64,000 nt of DNA. Origin: Thermoplasmatales archaeon SW_10_69_26. Its GTDB lineage: Archaea > Thermoplasmatota > SW-10-69-26. Both the position numbers and the translations under genes were made by a program. A model generated the notes under the pieces. That model was not told the DNA's origin. It saw nothing but the letters and a program-made list of their open reading frames with translations, and searched no databases. The stretch lies in the NCBI GenBank assembly GCA_003009755.1, contig PXUB01000037.1, positions 850 through 64,849 of the forward strand, written 5' to 3'. Position 1 is the stretch's first letter. Each line of letters opens with the position of its first letter. Below, piece by piece: positions 41,481 to 51,847 of this stretch.

Positions 41481-42571
41481 AGGGGGGCCTCCTGGGGGTC
41501 CTCGAGGTGGGCGAGCACGCGGTCGACGGCTTCCCGGCGGGCTTGGCGGTCGCCCTCGGCGCGGCGGCGGCCGACGACGAGCGTCAGCGCGGTGCCGGTG
41601 CCTTCGATGGCGAGGAAGGCCAGCACGGTGGCGATCGCGACGGTTGCGACCTCCAGCGTGACGTCGAGGGCGCCGGGGAGGCTGAGGAATCCGGCGAGCA
41701 GAGGGTCGAGCGTGAACACGACGGCGCCTGCACCGAGCGCGAGCAGAAAAGCCCGGCGGAGCTTGGCGAGCGTGCCCGACAGCTGGTGCTCGACGACGCC
41801 CCACGGCGGGTCGGTGGCCTCGTTGCGGATCGTGGTGTGGAGGGTGGCGACGAGGCCGGCGAGGGCGAGGACGGCCAGCAGGCCGCCGGTGAGGGGTGAG
41901 GCGGTGAAGAACCGCAAGGCGCCGAGCCCGAACAGGCCGACGCCGACGAGGCCGAGCGCGAGCCCGGTCTTGGGGGCGCTGGCCTGGTGGGCCCGCCATT
42001 GCAACATCGTGAGACTGGTCCCGGTGACGAGCAGGATCGGCGGGACGATCGCGATGCCGAGACCCTGGGCCAGCGAGGCGACGGCGAGGCCGAGGCCGAG
42101 CGTGACGACGATCCCGGCGAGCAACCGGACGCCGAGCAGGGCGCGGGTGGGGGCGCGGGCACCGGCGGCGGCTCGCAGCTGCTCGGCCAGGCGCTGGCTG
42201 GCGGCGTCCCCGAGGCCGCGGGCCTGGGCGGCCTGGTGGACGTGATCCAACAACAGGGGGGCCAGGCGGCCCTCCTCGACGTAGGCTTGCATCGCGGATC
42301 GCAGATCCTCGTAGTCCTCGTCGACCTGCGGTCGAGCGCGTTGCTGGTGGGGGGCCAGCGCGCCCCGGATGGGGCGTCCGGTGCCCGCGATGGACCGGCC
42401 CAGGTCCACGAGCAGCGCGAACAGAAGGATGCCGAGCCCGAACCGAGCGGCGGCGAGGGGAGCGGGATCGAGCACGGTGCGGGCGCCCAGGTAGACGACG
42501 ACGGCGACGAGCGCGATCGCGGCGCGGGGCACGATCGCCAGCGGTGCGTCGGCCGTGGAGGCCTCAGCCAC
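41477..42571 (-). CDS. Hypothetical multi-pass membrane protein
   Basis: About eight TM segments, translationally coupled to its neighbours. Confidence 0.7.
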   Translation of the reverse strand: MAEASTADAPLAIVPRAAIALVAVVVYLGARTVLDPAPLAAARFGLGILLFALLVDLGRSIAGTGRPIRGALAPHQQRARPQVDEDYEDLRSAMQAYVEEGRLAPLLLDHVHQAAQARGLGDAASQRLAEQLRAAAGARAPTRALLGVRLLAGIVVTLGLGLAVASLAQGLGIAIVPPILLVTGTSLTMLQWRAHQASAPKTGLALGLVGVGLFGLGALRFFTASPLTGGLLAVLALAGLVATLHTTIRNEATDPPWGVVEHQLSGTLAKLRRAFLLALGAGAVVFTLDPLLAGFLSLPGALDVTLEVATVAIATVLAFLAIEGTGTALTLVVGRRRAEGDRQARREAVDRVLAHLEDPQEAPL

Positions 42572-45500
42572 GGGGGTCGGCCTCCCGGACCAGCTGCATG
42601 AAGCCCTCGTAGTCGTCGCGGTCGACCGGTTGGGGCGAGTAATCGTAGCGTTCGAACCGGCGCGCCAGCTCGTCGGCCGGTGGACCCAGAGCCCGGGCGA
42701 GCTCGCGCGGGGTGGCATCCGGGCCCACGAGGCCGTGCCGGGTCGCGGTGCGGCGAAGCTGGCGGTAGGCGCGGTCGATCTCCTCGCGGTAGTCGCCGAC
42801 GCGCACGTCGAGCACGGTCTCGCGGGCGGGATCGTCGGCGAGGCGAGCGCGGTAGGTGTAGGTACCGCCAGGGCGGGCCGGCACGGTGGCGCGCGCCGTC
42901 CCATCGCTGCCCAGCTCGAGCCGGCGGGTGCCCTCGGGGCCGTCGAGCTCGAGGGTCCCCGTGATGGTCTCGTCGTGCCGGGCTCGGGCGAGGATCTCGG
43001 TCGGCTCCCCGGGGTGCCAGACCGGCGGGTCGCCGGGGGTCTGGTGGGCCAACCGCAGCGAGATCGGGGAGGCCTCGTCGGGGTCGTCGGTGGGGGTTCT
43101 CGCTTGACGGCGACGGACGGCGACGAGCGCGGCGAGCCCGAGCGCGGCGGCGGCCGCCGACAGCCAGCCCCACGGCAGCGGAGCCGCGGTGACCTCGGCG
43201 CTGGCGGTGGTCAGGCTCTGGGCGGTCGTGGGGGTCGAACGGGCAAGCACCTCGATGTCGACGATGCCCTCGGCGTCGTCGGGTCGCGAGAGGGAGAGGT
43301 TGGCCGTGCCGTCCTCGCCGGTGATCGCGCGGTCGCTGGCCTCGAAGGCGCCCTCGGCCTGGGCGATGACTGGCACGCCGGCCAGCGGTCCCTGGCGGCC
43401 TTCGGCGGTCACCGCCAGCTGAACCGGGCGGCCGTCTCGTCCCTCGTCGGCGACGTCGACGGCCAACGTCGGCGTCTCGAGGATCCGGAGCGGGGCTCGG
43501 GTGGTGAACCGGGCGTCGGGGAGGGTGAGGTTGGCGGGTTGGAGGCCGGGCTGGGCGTCGTCGGGGGCACGCAGGTTCACCTGGGCGCGGCCGTCGGCGT
43601 CGGTGCGGTCCTGGGAGACGAAGCTGGGCCCGGCCAGGCGGACGGGCTGGTCGGTGAGCGGCGTGTCGTCGACGGTCAAGCGCAGGGAGCCGTTGGCCGA
43701 ACCCCCGGGGGCGATGTGGAGGTCGGCCTCGACCTCGAGCGGGGCCGCCGACAGGGTGAGGTTGCGGCCGGTGGGGCGGAAGCTGTTCGGCGGATGGACC
43801 TCCAGGCGGACGGGGTGGTCGCCGGTGTTCGGCATCGGGGCTCGCAGGCGAGCCTGGCCGGCCTGGTCGGTGAGGGTCTCGTCGGTGAGCCCGGTCTCGG
43901 TGTGGGCGTGGACCTCGATCGCGGGCATCGTCGTGCCGTTGTCGGCTTCGAGCCGGACGTCGATCGGGGCTTGGGCGCCGACCGGTTGGGGGCCCGGCGA
44001 TCCCGTCCGCAGCTGGAGGCCGGCGGTGGCGGTGAGGACGAGGCGACGGTTGGCGTCCACGGCGGGGGCCTCGAGCTCGACGGTGTGGTTGCCGGGCGCG
44101 AGGTCGGCGGGGACGGGCAACCCGAGCGTGAACGCGCCGCGGGGGTCGGTGTCGGTCGTGGCCGTGACGTCGCCGTAGCTGGCTTCCAGGCGGACGCGAC
44201 CGGGTTCGCCGTCCTCGGTGAGGACGCGGCCCTCGATCTCGGTGGGCTCGCCGCGGGGGGCCCGGTGCTCGGCGGGGGCTTGGATGCGGGCTTCGACGGC
44301 CTGGATCGTGCCCTCGGTGGCGTCGGCGGTGACGTTCTCGGTCCCCGGGAAGGTCGCCGTGATCGTGTAGTTCCCGGGGAAGGGTAGCCCGCCGGGCAGC
44401 ACGGCGTGGGCGCGGCCGTCGGCGCCGGTGCGGGCCGTGAGGCGGTCGTCGGTGTCCTCGACCGCGAACACGATCGTCCGGTTGGGGATCGGCGCCTCGT
44501 AGGCGTCCACGAGCCGGGCTTCGAGCGGTAGGGGCACGTCGACGCCGGCGCGGTCGGGCAGGTCCAGGCGGACATCGGCCTCGCCTTCGACGGCGACCAC
44601 GGGGTCGCTCCAGGCGCCGGCCAGGGGTGGATCGTGCATCCCTCGGGGGTGGGCGTGAGCCAGGACGTGGTAGGGGCGGGTCGGGGCGTCTGCAGGGAGC
44701 TTGGCGCTGGCGGTGAACGTGCCGGCGGCGTTCGTGCTCGCGGACCCGGTCTGGATCTCGATGCCGGGCGCGTTCTTCGTGGCGTTGGCGTACACCGTGA
44801 CCGGATGGTCCCGCAGCGGCTCGCCGGCGGGGCCGAGCACGCGTCCAACCACCTCGAAGGCCTCGCCCTTGCGGATCCGGTCGGGGGCATCGGTCACCGT
44901 GATCGTCGGCCGCTCTCGCCGGATATCCTCGGGCGGGGCCTCGGAGCCGCTGCGGGCGCGGTCCAGCAGGTCCGCGAGGCCTTCGGTGTCGGCCGGCCCG
45001 CCGGCCGAGCGGTGGACGACGGTGCCGGCGGGCAGCTCGACGGTCTCGGTGGCGAACACCGAGGACCAGGCGCTGGGGGGTCCCGAGGGGTGGGCGCGGG
45101 CGCCGGGCTCGAGGTCCAGCCGCGTGCCGGCCGGGAACCTCACGGGCGGCAGCTGGAGCTCGGCGTCGGCGGGCAGGGGGACCTTGGCGCCGGGTTCGAG
45201 CACGGTGGCCGCCCCGATCTCCTCCCCGCCCGGGGAGGTCACGGAAGCGTTGGGCGGGAGCGCGAGCTCTTGGTCGCCGGTCTGCAGCTGGCAGGGCGTG
45301 GTGCAGGTGAGCGCGTCGCCCTTATGCTCCCAACCGTCGGCCAGGACGAGCGTGCCGGTGAGGCTCGCAGGGGCGGGACGGATCGTCTCGCCGGGATCGA
45401 TCGTCACCCGTCCCGGTCCCGTGAGGCGAACCCCATCGTCGGTGCGTTCGCGGTCGGGAAGCTGGGCCCGCGTGGGGTCGAGCAGCGTCAGCTCGGGGAT

Positions 45501-45668
45501 CGGCAGCCCCGATCGCGGCTCTTGGACCTCCCGGGCGGGTGCATCGCGGGCCTGTTGGGACCGTTCGGTGACCTCCTGCCGGACCTCGGCGATGAGGGCG
45601 GTGGAGAGCCCCAGCAGGCCGACGAGCAGGAGGAGGCCGGCCGCGAGCTGGAGGGACCGCTGTGCCAC
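42564..45668 (-). CDS. Large membrane-anchored protein with tandem Ig-like repeats and a DUF4129-like C-terminus
   Basis: N-terminal TM, repeated T(D/G)xxGxA/F motifs, a late TM helix and C-terminal TPRELAR...L..RFE..DYS. Confidence 0.8.
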   Translation of the reverse strand: MAQRSLQLAAGLLLLVGLLGLSTALIAEVRQEVTERSQQARDAPAREVQEPRSGLPIPELTLLDPTRAQLPDRERTDDGVRLTGPGRVTIDPGETIRPAPASLTGTLVLADGWEHKGDALTCTTPCQLQTGDQELALPPNASVTSPGGEEIGAATVLEPGAKVPLPADAELQLPPVRFPAGTRLDLEPGARAHPSGPPSAWSSVFATETVELPAGTVVHRSAGGPADTEGLADLLDRARSGSEAPPEDIRRERPTITVTDAPDRIRKGEAFEVVGRVLGPAGEPLRDHPVTVYANATKNAPGIEIQTGSASTNAAGTFTASAKLPADAPTRPYHVLAHAHPRGMHDPPLAGAWSDPVVAVEGEADVRLDLPDRAGVDVPLPLEARLVDAYEAPIPNRTIVFAVEDTDDRLTARTGADGRAHAVLPGGLPFPGNYTITATFPGTENVTADATEGTIQAVEARIQAPAEHRAPRGEPTEIEGRVLTEDGEPGRVRLEASYGDVTATTDTDPRGAFTLGLPVPADLAPGNHTVELEAPAVDANRRLVLTATAGLQLRTGSPGPQPVGAQAPIDVRLEADNGTTMPAIEVHAHTETGLTDETLTDQAGQARLRAPMPNTGDHPVRLEVHPPNSFRPTGRNLTLSAAPLEVEADLHIAPGGSANGSLRLTVDDTPLTDQPVRLAGPSFVSQDRTDADGRAQVNLRAPDDAQPGLQPANLTLPDARFTTRAPLRILETPTLAVDVADEGRDGRPVQLAVTAEGRQGPLAGVPVIAQAEGAFEASDRAITGEDGTANLSLSRPDDAEGIVDIEVLARSTPTTAQSLTTASAEVTAAPLPWGWLSAAAAALGLAALVAVRRRQARTPTDDPDEASPISLRLAHQTPGDPPVWHPGEPTEILARARHDETITGTLELDGPEGTRRLELGSDGTARATVPARPGGTYTYRARLADDPARETVLDVRVGDYREEIDRAYRQLRRTATRHGLVGPDATPRELARALGPPADELARRFERYDYSPQPVDRDDYEGFMQLVREADPRG

Positions 45669-45772
45669 GATGGACCGTCATCGAGGGGATGCTTAAAGGT
45701 TCACCTGCGCGCGCCGCAGGGGAGCCGTCCGGGCGGAAGGCTTTTCAACAGGCTCGGCGCCATGAGGTAGCT

Positions 45773-46072
45773 GTGTTCCGTTTCCGCCTGTATCGGTTCG
45801 AGAACGATCTGCTCCTCGCGGCCAGCGACGAGGAGCTGATCGGTCGCAGCTTGTCCCAGGGGGAGGTCGAGATCCACATCTCCGAGCAGTTCTACGGCAC
45901 CAAGGAGGCCGACCAGGGCGAGCTGCGGGATCTGCTCGACCGGTGCACGGTGGCGAACCTGATGGGGGAGCGCTGCGTGAAGCTGGCGGCCGAGCTCGGG
46001 TTCGTCGACCGGGGCAACGTGGTCGAGGTGGAGGACGTCCCGCACGCGCAGGTCGCCCAGATGCGGCGGTAG
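45773..46072 (+). CDS. DUF424 family protein
   Basis: LLAASDEELIG...ISEQFYG...ANLMGERCV..A.ELG...V.DVPHAQ, with a GAGGT Shine-Dalgarno before the GTG. Confidence 0.85.
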   Translation: MFRFRLYRFENDLLLAASDEELIGRSLSQGEVEIHISEQFYGTKEADQGELRDLLDRCTVANLMGERCVKLAAELGFVDRGNVVEVEDVPHAQVAQMRR

Positions 46073-46079
46073 GTTGCCC

Positions 46080-47144
46080 ATGTCTGAGGACGAGACCGAG
46101 GAAGCGTTCTGCGTGGCTTGCGGCGCCCCCGACCCGCTCAGCGGCGGCCGCTGCGGGCGCTGCGTCCGGCAGCAGGTCGAGGCCGTCAAGGGCACCGACC
46201 AGCCCGTCGAGATCGAGCAGTGCGCCCACTGTGGCTCCTTCGAGGCCGGCCACGACATCGAGGACGCCGAGAGCGTCGTCGAGGCCGTCGAGCGGGCCGC
46301 CGTGGGGTCCGTGTTGATCCCGCGCGAGCTCGAGGACCTGGAGATCGGCGTCCGCACGCATCGCCGCGACCCGAGCGCGTTCGACGTGACCGTGGAGGCT
46401 CGCGGCCACTTCGACGGCGAGGTCCCGCTCGAGGGAGCCGCCGAGGTCCCCGTCCAAGTCGAGACGATCTCCTGTGATGCCTGCTCGCGCCGCCACGGGG
46501 GCTACTACGAGGCGATCGTGCAGGTCCGCTACGAGGGTGACGAGGAGGTCTCCGAGGAGCAGGCTGGCGACATCGCCGTGATGATCGAGGAGGAGGTCCG
46601 AGCCGCCGGGAGGCTCTCCGGGGGGTCCTCCTACCTCTTGAAGGCCACGCCCAAACACGGCGGATACGACTACTACTTCGGGGCCAAGCCCGTCGCCAAG
46701 TCCGTCGCGGGCCGCATCGCGGACATGTACGGCGGCGAGAAGACGCACTCGACGACGCTGGCGGGCCGCAAGGACGGCGAGGAGTTCCACCGGTTGACGA
46801 TCTCGGTCCGCATCCCGCGTGTCCGACCCGGCAGCGTGGTGGCCTTCGAGGACGAGATCCTCCGGATCCACGGCCGCCACGGCAACCGGCTCGTCGGCAA
46901 GACCGTCCCCGAGGGCGATGGCCGCACGATCGAGCAACGGAAGACCGACAAGGCCCAGGTCCTCGAGCCCCGGTTGGCCGAGGTCGTCTACGCCGAGGCC
47001 GGCGAGGGCCAGATCCTCGATCCCGACACCTTCGACAGCGTGCAGGTCAAGCTCCCGATCGGCGTCGAGGCGGGAGACGAGGTCGAGGTCGCCAAGTACC
47101 GCGGCCGGATCGTCGTGCTCGGCGAGCCCGGCTTCGAGGCGTAG
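46080..47144 (+). CDS. nmd3: Archaeal Nmd3 ribosome-biogenesis protein
   Basis: Four CxxC pairs, C..CSR..GGYYEAIVQVR and a C-terminal eIF5A-like OB domain. Confidence 0.9.
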   Translation: MSEDETEEAFCVACGAPDPLSGGRCGRCVRQQVEAVKGTDQPVEIEQCAHCGSFEAGHDIEDAESVVEAVERAAVGSVLIPRELEDLEIGVRTHRRDPSAFDVTVEARGHFDGEVPLEGAAEVPVQVETISCDACSRRHGGYYEAIVQVRYEGDEEVSEEQAGDIAVMIEEEVRAAGRLSGGSSYLLKATPKHGGYDYYFGAKPVAKSVAGRIADMYGGEKTHSTTLAGRKDGEEFHRLTISVRIPRVRPGSVVAFEDEILRIHGRHGNRLVGKTVPEGDGRTIEQRKTDKAQVLEPRLAEVVYAEAGEGQILDPDTFDSVQVKLPIGVEAGDEVEVAKYRGRIVVLGEPGFEA

Positions 47145-47372
47145 AACTTCGTCTTTCCAGGGGCCCTTACCCCTGCCGGCCCCCGGAAAAGAAGACGTTC
47201 GCAACCAAGGAAACGGAGACCGGCAGCTCCGCAGGGCCCGGTCGCCGACCATGGCAGCTGTTGGATCTTCGTGCAGCGCTAGGGCCGCCGGACCCGCCCC
47301 GGGGCCCTCGCGGTCGACGCCTGACCTCTGCGTCTCAGCGTCTGCCTGCCTCTGTGAGCTACCTTACCGTCC

Positions 47373-48134
47373 TCACAGCCCGGGCTCGCCCTCGGGCGCT
47401 AGGTCGTCGAACAGCTCTTTCAGCGCCTCGACGGCGGCATCGTGGAGACCTTCGCCGAGCTCGGGCGTGGCGCGCGAGGGATCGCCCATGTAGCCCTTGG
47501 GCATACCCTCGTCGGGCTCGCTGGCCAGCTCGAAGCCCTCCTCTTGGGGGAAGTGCTCGCCCGGCGGGCTGTCGTCGACGAGCTCGGGCCGCAGGTGCCG
47601 GATGCGGGCCGTCTCCATCGTGCCGGCGTGGCCGTCGGCCTCGGGCACGGTCTCGCCGTTCAGCGTCTCGCCGCCCAGCGGGAACAACACGTCCCACTCC
47701 GAGAGCAGTGCGATCCGCATCTGCGGGTGGTCACCGAGCACGTCGCGGCCCGCCTGTTTGAGCGCGCGCATGTGACCGCCGCCGGCGTGGCCGCTGACGA
47801 TCGCGACCGAGGCGACGTCGTGGCGGGCCAGCTCACGCAGGATCTCCTCGGCGAGCGTCCTGACCGTGTCGAAGGGCAGCGAGATGCTGCCCGGGAAGGG
47901 TTGCGTGGAGTGGCAGTTGCCGTAGTTCATCGTGGGCAAGACGACGGCGTCGGTGGCCTCGGCGGCCTCGTTCACGACGGCCTCGACCTGGAAGGTGTCC
48001 GTGCCCAGCGGCAGGTGGGGTCCATGCTCCTCGAGGATGCCCACGGGCAGGACGAAGGTGCTCTCGGCAGCCAGGCGGGCGTACTCGTCCTTGGTGAGCT
48101 CGGTGGCGAGGATCGGGTCGGCCTCGGTCGGCAT
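47373..48134 (-). CDS. Creatininase family amidohydrolase
   Basis: LPVG.LEEHGPHLPLGTD, SGHAGG, DGHAG..ET and G.MGDPS.AT.E.G motifs. Confidence 0.9.
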   Translation of the reverse strand: MPTEADPILATELTKDEYARLAAESTFVLPVGILEEHGPHLPLGTDTFQVEAVVNEAAEATDAVVLPTMNYGNCHSTQPFPGSISLPFDTVRTLAEEILRELARHDVASVAIVSGHAGGGHMRALKQAGRDVLGDHPQMRIALLSEWDVLFPLGGETLNGETVPEADGHAGTMETARIRHLRPELVDDSPPGEHFPQEEGFELASEPDEGMPKGYMGDPSRATPELGEGLHDAAVEALKELFDDLAPEGEPGL

Positions 48135-48258
48135 GGCCCGGCCAGCCCGCGTCCGGTTCATGACTCTGGCGGACCGCGATCGTGCCCGCTCGAGCGGCGT
48201 CAGGAGAGCCGGTCGCAACGCCCAGGCCTCTTATAGGACGAATCCCTACTTGGGGCCG

Positions 48259-48558
48259 ATGGCGAAGAAGCACCGGCACAACCAGGGTGGCGGGAACCAG
48301 CCCCGGCAGAAGATGTTCGACGAGAGCCGGGAGGAGCTGTTCCTCTACGACGCCCGGCAGGTGCTCGAGGACGCGCCCGTGGACGAGGACCACTACAAGA
48401 CGTTCCTGCAGCAGATCGTGACCCGCGGCAGCCGCGACGGCGTGGACGATGCCAAGGAGTACGTCAAGGAGAAGGAGCGCGAGGAGGAAGCCTTCCTCGA
48501 CCGCGAGGCCCGCAACGGGCTGCTCGACCTGCTCGACAAGTACTCGACCTACCGCTGA
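48259..48558 (+). CDS. Small conserved hypothetical protein
   Basis: ATG about 25 nt after a TATA-like cttata. Charged helical protein ending LLDKYSTYR. Confidence 0.7.
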   Translation: MAKKHRHNQGGGNQPRQKMFDESREELFLYDARQVLEDAPVDEDHYKTFLQQIVTRGSRDGVDDAKEYVKEKEREEEAFLDREARNGLLDLLDKYSTYR

Positions 48559-48797
48559 TCGTCGTCCTCGGTGCCCTCGTCGCTCGAGGGCAGCTCGTCC
48601 GTGTTCAACTGGATGCCCTGCGTGGCGTCCGTCTTCTCCTCCTCGACCGCCTCCTCCAGGTCACGCAAGGCCTGCTGGAACCGGGACTGCATGCGGCCGG
48701 CCGTTCGCAGCAGGCCCGGCGCGTGCTCGGGGCCGAACAACATCAGCAAGGCCAGCCCCACGAGCACGATCTCCCAGGACCCGAGGCCCAGCACCAT
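48549..48797 (-). CDS. tatA: Twin-arginine translocase TatA/TatB-like subunit
   Basis: GLGSWEIVLV...LMLFGP..AP...R..G followed by an amphipathic helix and acidic tail. Confidence 0.75.
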   Translation of the reverse strand: MVLGLGSWEIVLVGLALLMLFGPEHAPGLLRTAGRMQSRFQQALRDLEEAVEEEKTDATQGIQLNTDELPSSDEGTEDDDQR

Positions 48798-48901
48798 GCA
48801 TCCCCTCGCAGGTGCCGGCCGGTCTTCACGCTTGGGGTCGGCCCCACCGAGGTCTCCGCCAGCCCCCGACGCTTTAATGCAACCTCGGCTGTGCCCCGGT
48901 G

Positions 48902-49507
48902 ATGGCGCGGACCACGTGGCCCTCCTGTCCCTCGTGCGGTGAAGCCAACGTCGAGGTCCTGCACGAGGCCTCACCCGATGCGGACCGGACAGACGCCACC
49001 CTGCGCTGCAAGACCTGCGACCAGGTCTTCAAGGACGTGCTGGAGAAACAGCCCACCCAGGCCCAGGTCTCCGCCGTGATCAGCGAGGGCTCCCAGAGCC
49101 GATCGACCAGCCTCGACGTCCCCGCCGAGGACCCGATCGCCGTCGACGACGAGCTGTACGCCGACGGCCGGCGCCTGCTCGTGACCGCCGTCGAACGCGA
49201 CGACGGTCGCCGCGTCGACGAGGCTCACCCCGACGACCTGGGCACCGTCTGGTGCAAGACGTTCGACCGCGTGGAGCTGCCCGTCGCCGTCAACCAGGGC
49301 CGCAAGACGTGGTCCGACGAGATCCAAGCCCAACCCGAGGCGCGCTTCTTCGTCGGCGACGAGATGAAGCTCGAGGGCGTCGACGTCGAGATCCACTCGA
49401 TCAAAACCGACGACGGGATCATCCACGACGGCGAGGCTCGGGCCCGCGACATCGTGCGGCTGTACGGCTGGACGGAGTACCGCGAGACCGAGGAGGAGAA
49501 CTGGTGA
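48902..49507 (+). CDS. Archaeal zinc-finger protein (HVO_0476-like)
   Basis: CPSCG...LRCKTC plus two repeated beta domains (V.DE...A.D). Confidence 0.8.
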   Translation: MARTTWPSCPSCGEANVEVLHEASPDADRTDATLRCKTCDQVFKDVLEKQPTQAQVSAVISEGSQSRSTSLDVPAEDPIAVDDELYADGRRLLVTAVERDDGRRVDEAHPDDLGTVWCKTFDRVELPVAVNQGRKTWSDEIQAQPEARFFVGDEMKLEGVDVEIHSIKTDDGIIHDGEARARDIVRLYGWTEYRETEEENW

Positions 49508-50421
49508 TGGCCGAGATCCTCGACGGCAAGGCCCAAGCCAAGCACGTCCGCGATGCCGTCCGCGAGGCTGTGGACGAGCTCGACACCGAGCACGGGTTCG
49601 GCCCGCGCCTGGACGCGATCCTCGCCGGCGACCGGGAGGCCAGCGAGATCTACGTCACCAAGAAGCAGGAGGACTGCGAGGAGGTCGGCATCGCCAGCCA
49701 CCTGCACCGCTTCCCCGAGGACGTCACCACCGACGAGCTCGTCGACCACATCGAGCAGCTCAACGCCGACGACGTCGACGGGATGATCGTCCAGCTGCCG
49801 CTGCCGGACCCGGTCGACGAGAACCGCGTGCTCGAGACCGTGGACCCGGCCAAGGACGCCGACGGGTTCCACCCCGTCAACCTCGGGCGGTTGCTCATGG
49901 ATCGCTCCCCGTTGACGCCCGCGACCCCGACCGGCATCCTGCACCTGCTGGAGGCCCACGAGGCCGATCTCGAAGGCGCCGACGTCGCGATCGTGGGCCG
50001 CTCGACGATCGTGGGCAAACCGATGGCGCTGTTGTTCCTGCAGCGAGGTGTGGATGCGACGATCGCCGTCACGCACTCCCGCACCGAGGAGCTGGCCGAG
50101 CGAACGGGCAACGCCGACGTGATCGTGGCCGCCGCCGGCGTGCCCGAGCTCGTCACCGCCGACATGGTGAGCGAGGACGCGACGGTGATCGACGTGGGCA
50201 TCAACCGAACCGACGAGGGCGAGCTGGTCGGCGACGTCGCCTACGACGAGGTCGAAGCCAAGGTCGACCGGATCACGCCCGTCCCCGGCGGCGTCGGCCC
50301 GCTGACGCGAGCCTTCCTGCTCGTCAACGTCGTCCGCTGCGCCTGCAAGCGCCGCGGGGTGCCTGTCCCCGATGCGCTGCAGCCCGTGCTGCCGACCGGT
50401 CTCGGTGGCGAGGGCGCCTGA
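49507..50421 (+). CDS. folD: Methylenetetrahydrofolate dehydrogenase/cyclohydrolase FolD
   Basis: YVTKK, VQLPLP, KDADGFHP.NLG, GRS.IVGKP, DVGINR and TPVPGGVGP motifs. Confidence 0.95.
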   Translation: MAEILDGKAQAKHVRDAVREAVDELDTEHGFGPRLDAILAGDREASEIYVTKKQEDCEEVGIASHLHRFPEDVTTDELVDHIEQLNADDVDGMIVQLPLPDPVDENRVLETVDPAKDADGFHPVNLGRLLMDRSPLTPATPTGILHLLEAHEADLEGADVAIVGRSTIVGKPMALLFLQRGVDATIAVTHSRTEELAERTGNADVIVAAAGVPELVTADMVSEDATVIDVGINRTDEGELVGDVAYDEVEAKVDRITPVPGGVGPLTRAFLLVNVVRCACKRRGVPVPDALQPVLPTGLGGEGA

Positions 50422-50595
50422 CCCCGGCACGGCTCGTCGAACGGATCCAGCCGCGAGCACCACGCCCGCCGAGGGGCAACCGGGCCCTCAGCCGTCCCGA
50501 CCGTCAGCGGCTCAGCTCCTCGGACCTCGTGGAACCGTGCCGGTGGCGGCGGCCGGCTTGGAGCTTGGCGGCCGGACCGCTGTCGAGTTGGCGCC

Positions 50596-51756
50596 TCACT
50601 GGGCGCTGGGCAGCCCGATCTCGTCGGCGATGACGCGGCGCTGGATCTCGCTGGTGCCTTCGCCGATCTCGCACAGCTTGACGTCGCGGTAGTACCGCTG
50701 CACGGGGTAGTCGGTGCTGTACCCGTTGCCGCCGAGGACCTGGATGGCTTCCCGGCAGACGTCCATGGCGGCCTCGCTGGCGAACAGCTTGGCCTGGCTG
50801 GCGGCCTGCTTGTGGTCTTGGCCCCTCTCCTTCTTGTCGGCCGCACGCCACACGAGCATGCGGGCCGCGTCGAGGTTCATGGACATGTCGGCCAGCTTGT
50901 GCTGGATCGCTTGGAAGCCGCCGATGGCTTGGCCGAACTGCTCGCGCTCCTTGGCGTAGGACAGCGCCTCCTCGTAGGCTGCCTGTCCCAGGCCCAGGGC
51001 CATCGCGCCGATCGCGATCCGGCCGGCGTCGAGGGTCTTGAGCGCGCCGATGAAGCCCTCGCCGCGCTTGCCGAGCAGGTTCTCCTCGGGGACGCGGCAT
51101 CCGTCGAACAACAGCTCGCTCGTCTCCGAACCGTGGAGACCCAGCTTGTCCTCGAGCACGCCCGGCTGGAAGCCCTCGAAGTCGGGTTCGACGACGAACG
51201 CCGAGATGCCGCGAACCTTGTCGCCGGGGTCGGTGCGGGCCATGACCGTGATCGTGTCGGCCGAGTGCCCGTTCGTGGCGAACTGCTTGGTGCCGTCGAG
51301 CACCCACTCGTCGCCGTCCTTCTCGGCGGTGGTCTGCAAGCCGGCGGCGTCGGACCCGCTGGTGGGCTCGGTGAGGGCCCAGCAACCGATGTGGTCGCCG
51401 CGGGCCAGCGGCGGGATGTACTCCTCGCGCTGCTCTTGGCTGCCCTCGGAGTTGATATGCGAGGTGCCGAGCCCGTTGTGGGCGGCCAGGGTGAGGCCCA
51501 GCGATCCGCTCGCCTTCGAGACCTCCTCGATCGCGATCGCGTAGGAGACGAAGTCGGCGCCGGCGCCGCCCATCGAGGGGTCGACCGTCATGCCGGTGAG
51601 GCCGAGGTCTGCGCAGCGCTCCCACAGACCGATGTCCTCGTGGAAGACGCCCTTCTCCTCGATCTCCTCGGCTTCCGGTGCGACCTCGTCGTCCGCGAAC
51701 TCGCGGACCATCTTGCGGATCGCTTCCTGGTCGCCGTCCAGCTGGAAGTCCACCAT
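50596..51756 (-). CDS. Acyl-CoA dehydrogenase
   Basis: [28 protein letters not shown] and [10 protein letters not shown] motifs. Confidence 0.95.
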   Translation of the reverse strand: MVDFQLDGDQEAIRKMVREFADDEVAPEAEEIEEKGVFHEDIGLWERCADLGLTGMTVDPSMGGAGADFVSYAIAIEEVSKASGSLGLTLAAHNGLGTSHINSEGSQEQREEYIPPLARGDHIGCWALTEPTSGSDAAGLQTTAEKDGDEWVLDGTKQFATNGHSADTITVMARTDPGDKVRGISAFVVEPDFEGFQPGVLEDKLGLHGSETSELLFDGCRVPEENLLGKRGEGFIGALKTLDAGRIAIGAMALGLGQAAYEEALSYAKEREQFGQAIGGFQAIQHKLADMSMNLDAARMLVWRAADKKERGQDHKQAASQAKLFASEAAMDVCREAIQVLGGNGYSTDYPVQRYYRDVKLCEIGEGTSEIQRRVIADEIGLPSAQ

Positions 51757-51847
51757 CGGTCGTGCAGCGGGTCGACCCTGGTAAAGGCTTCGCGCTGGCC
51801 TCGAGCAGAACCGGCCGATTTAGGCGTCGCTAGCGGGATGGGGTGGC

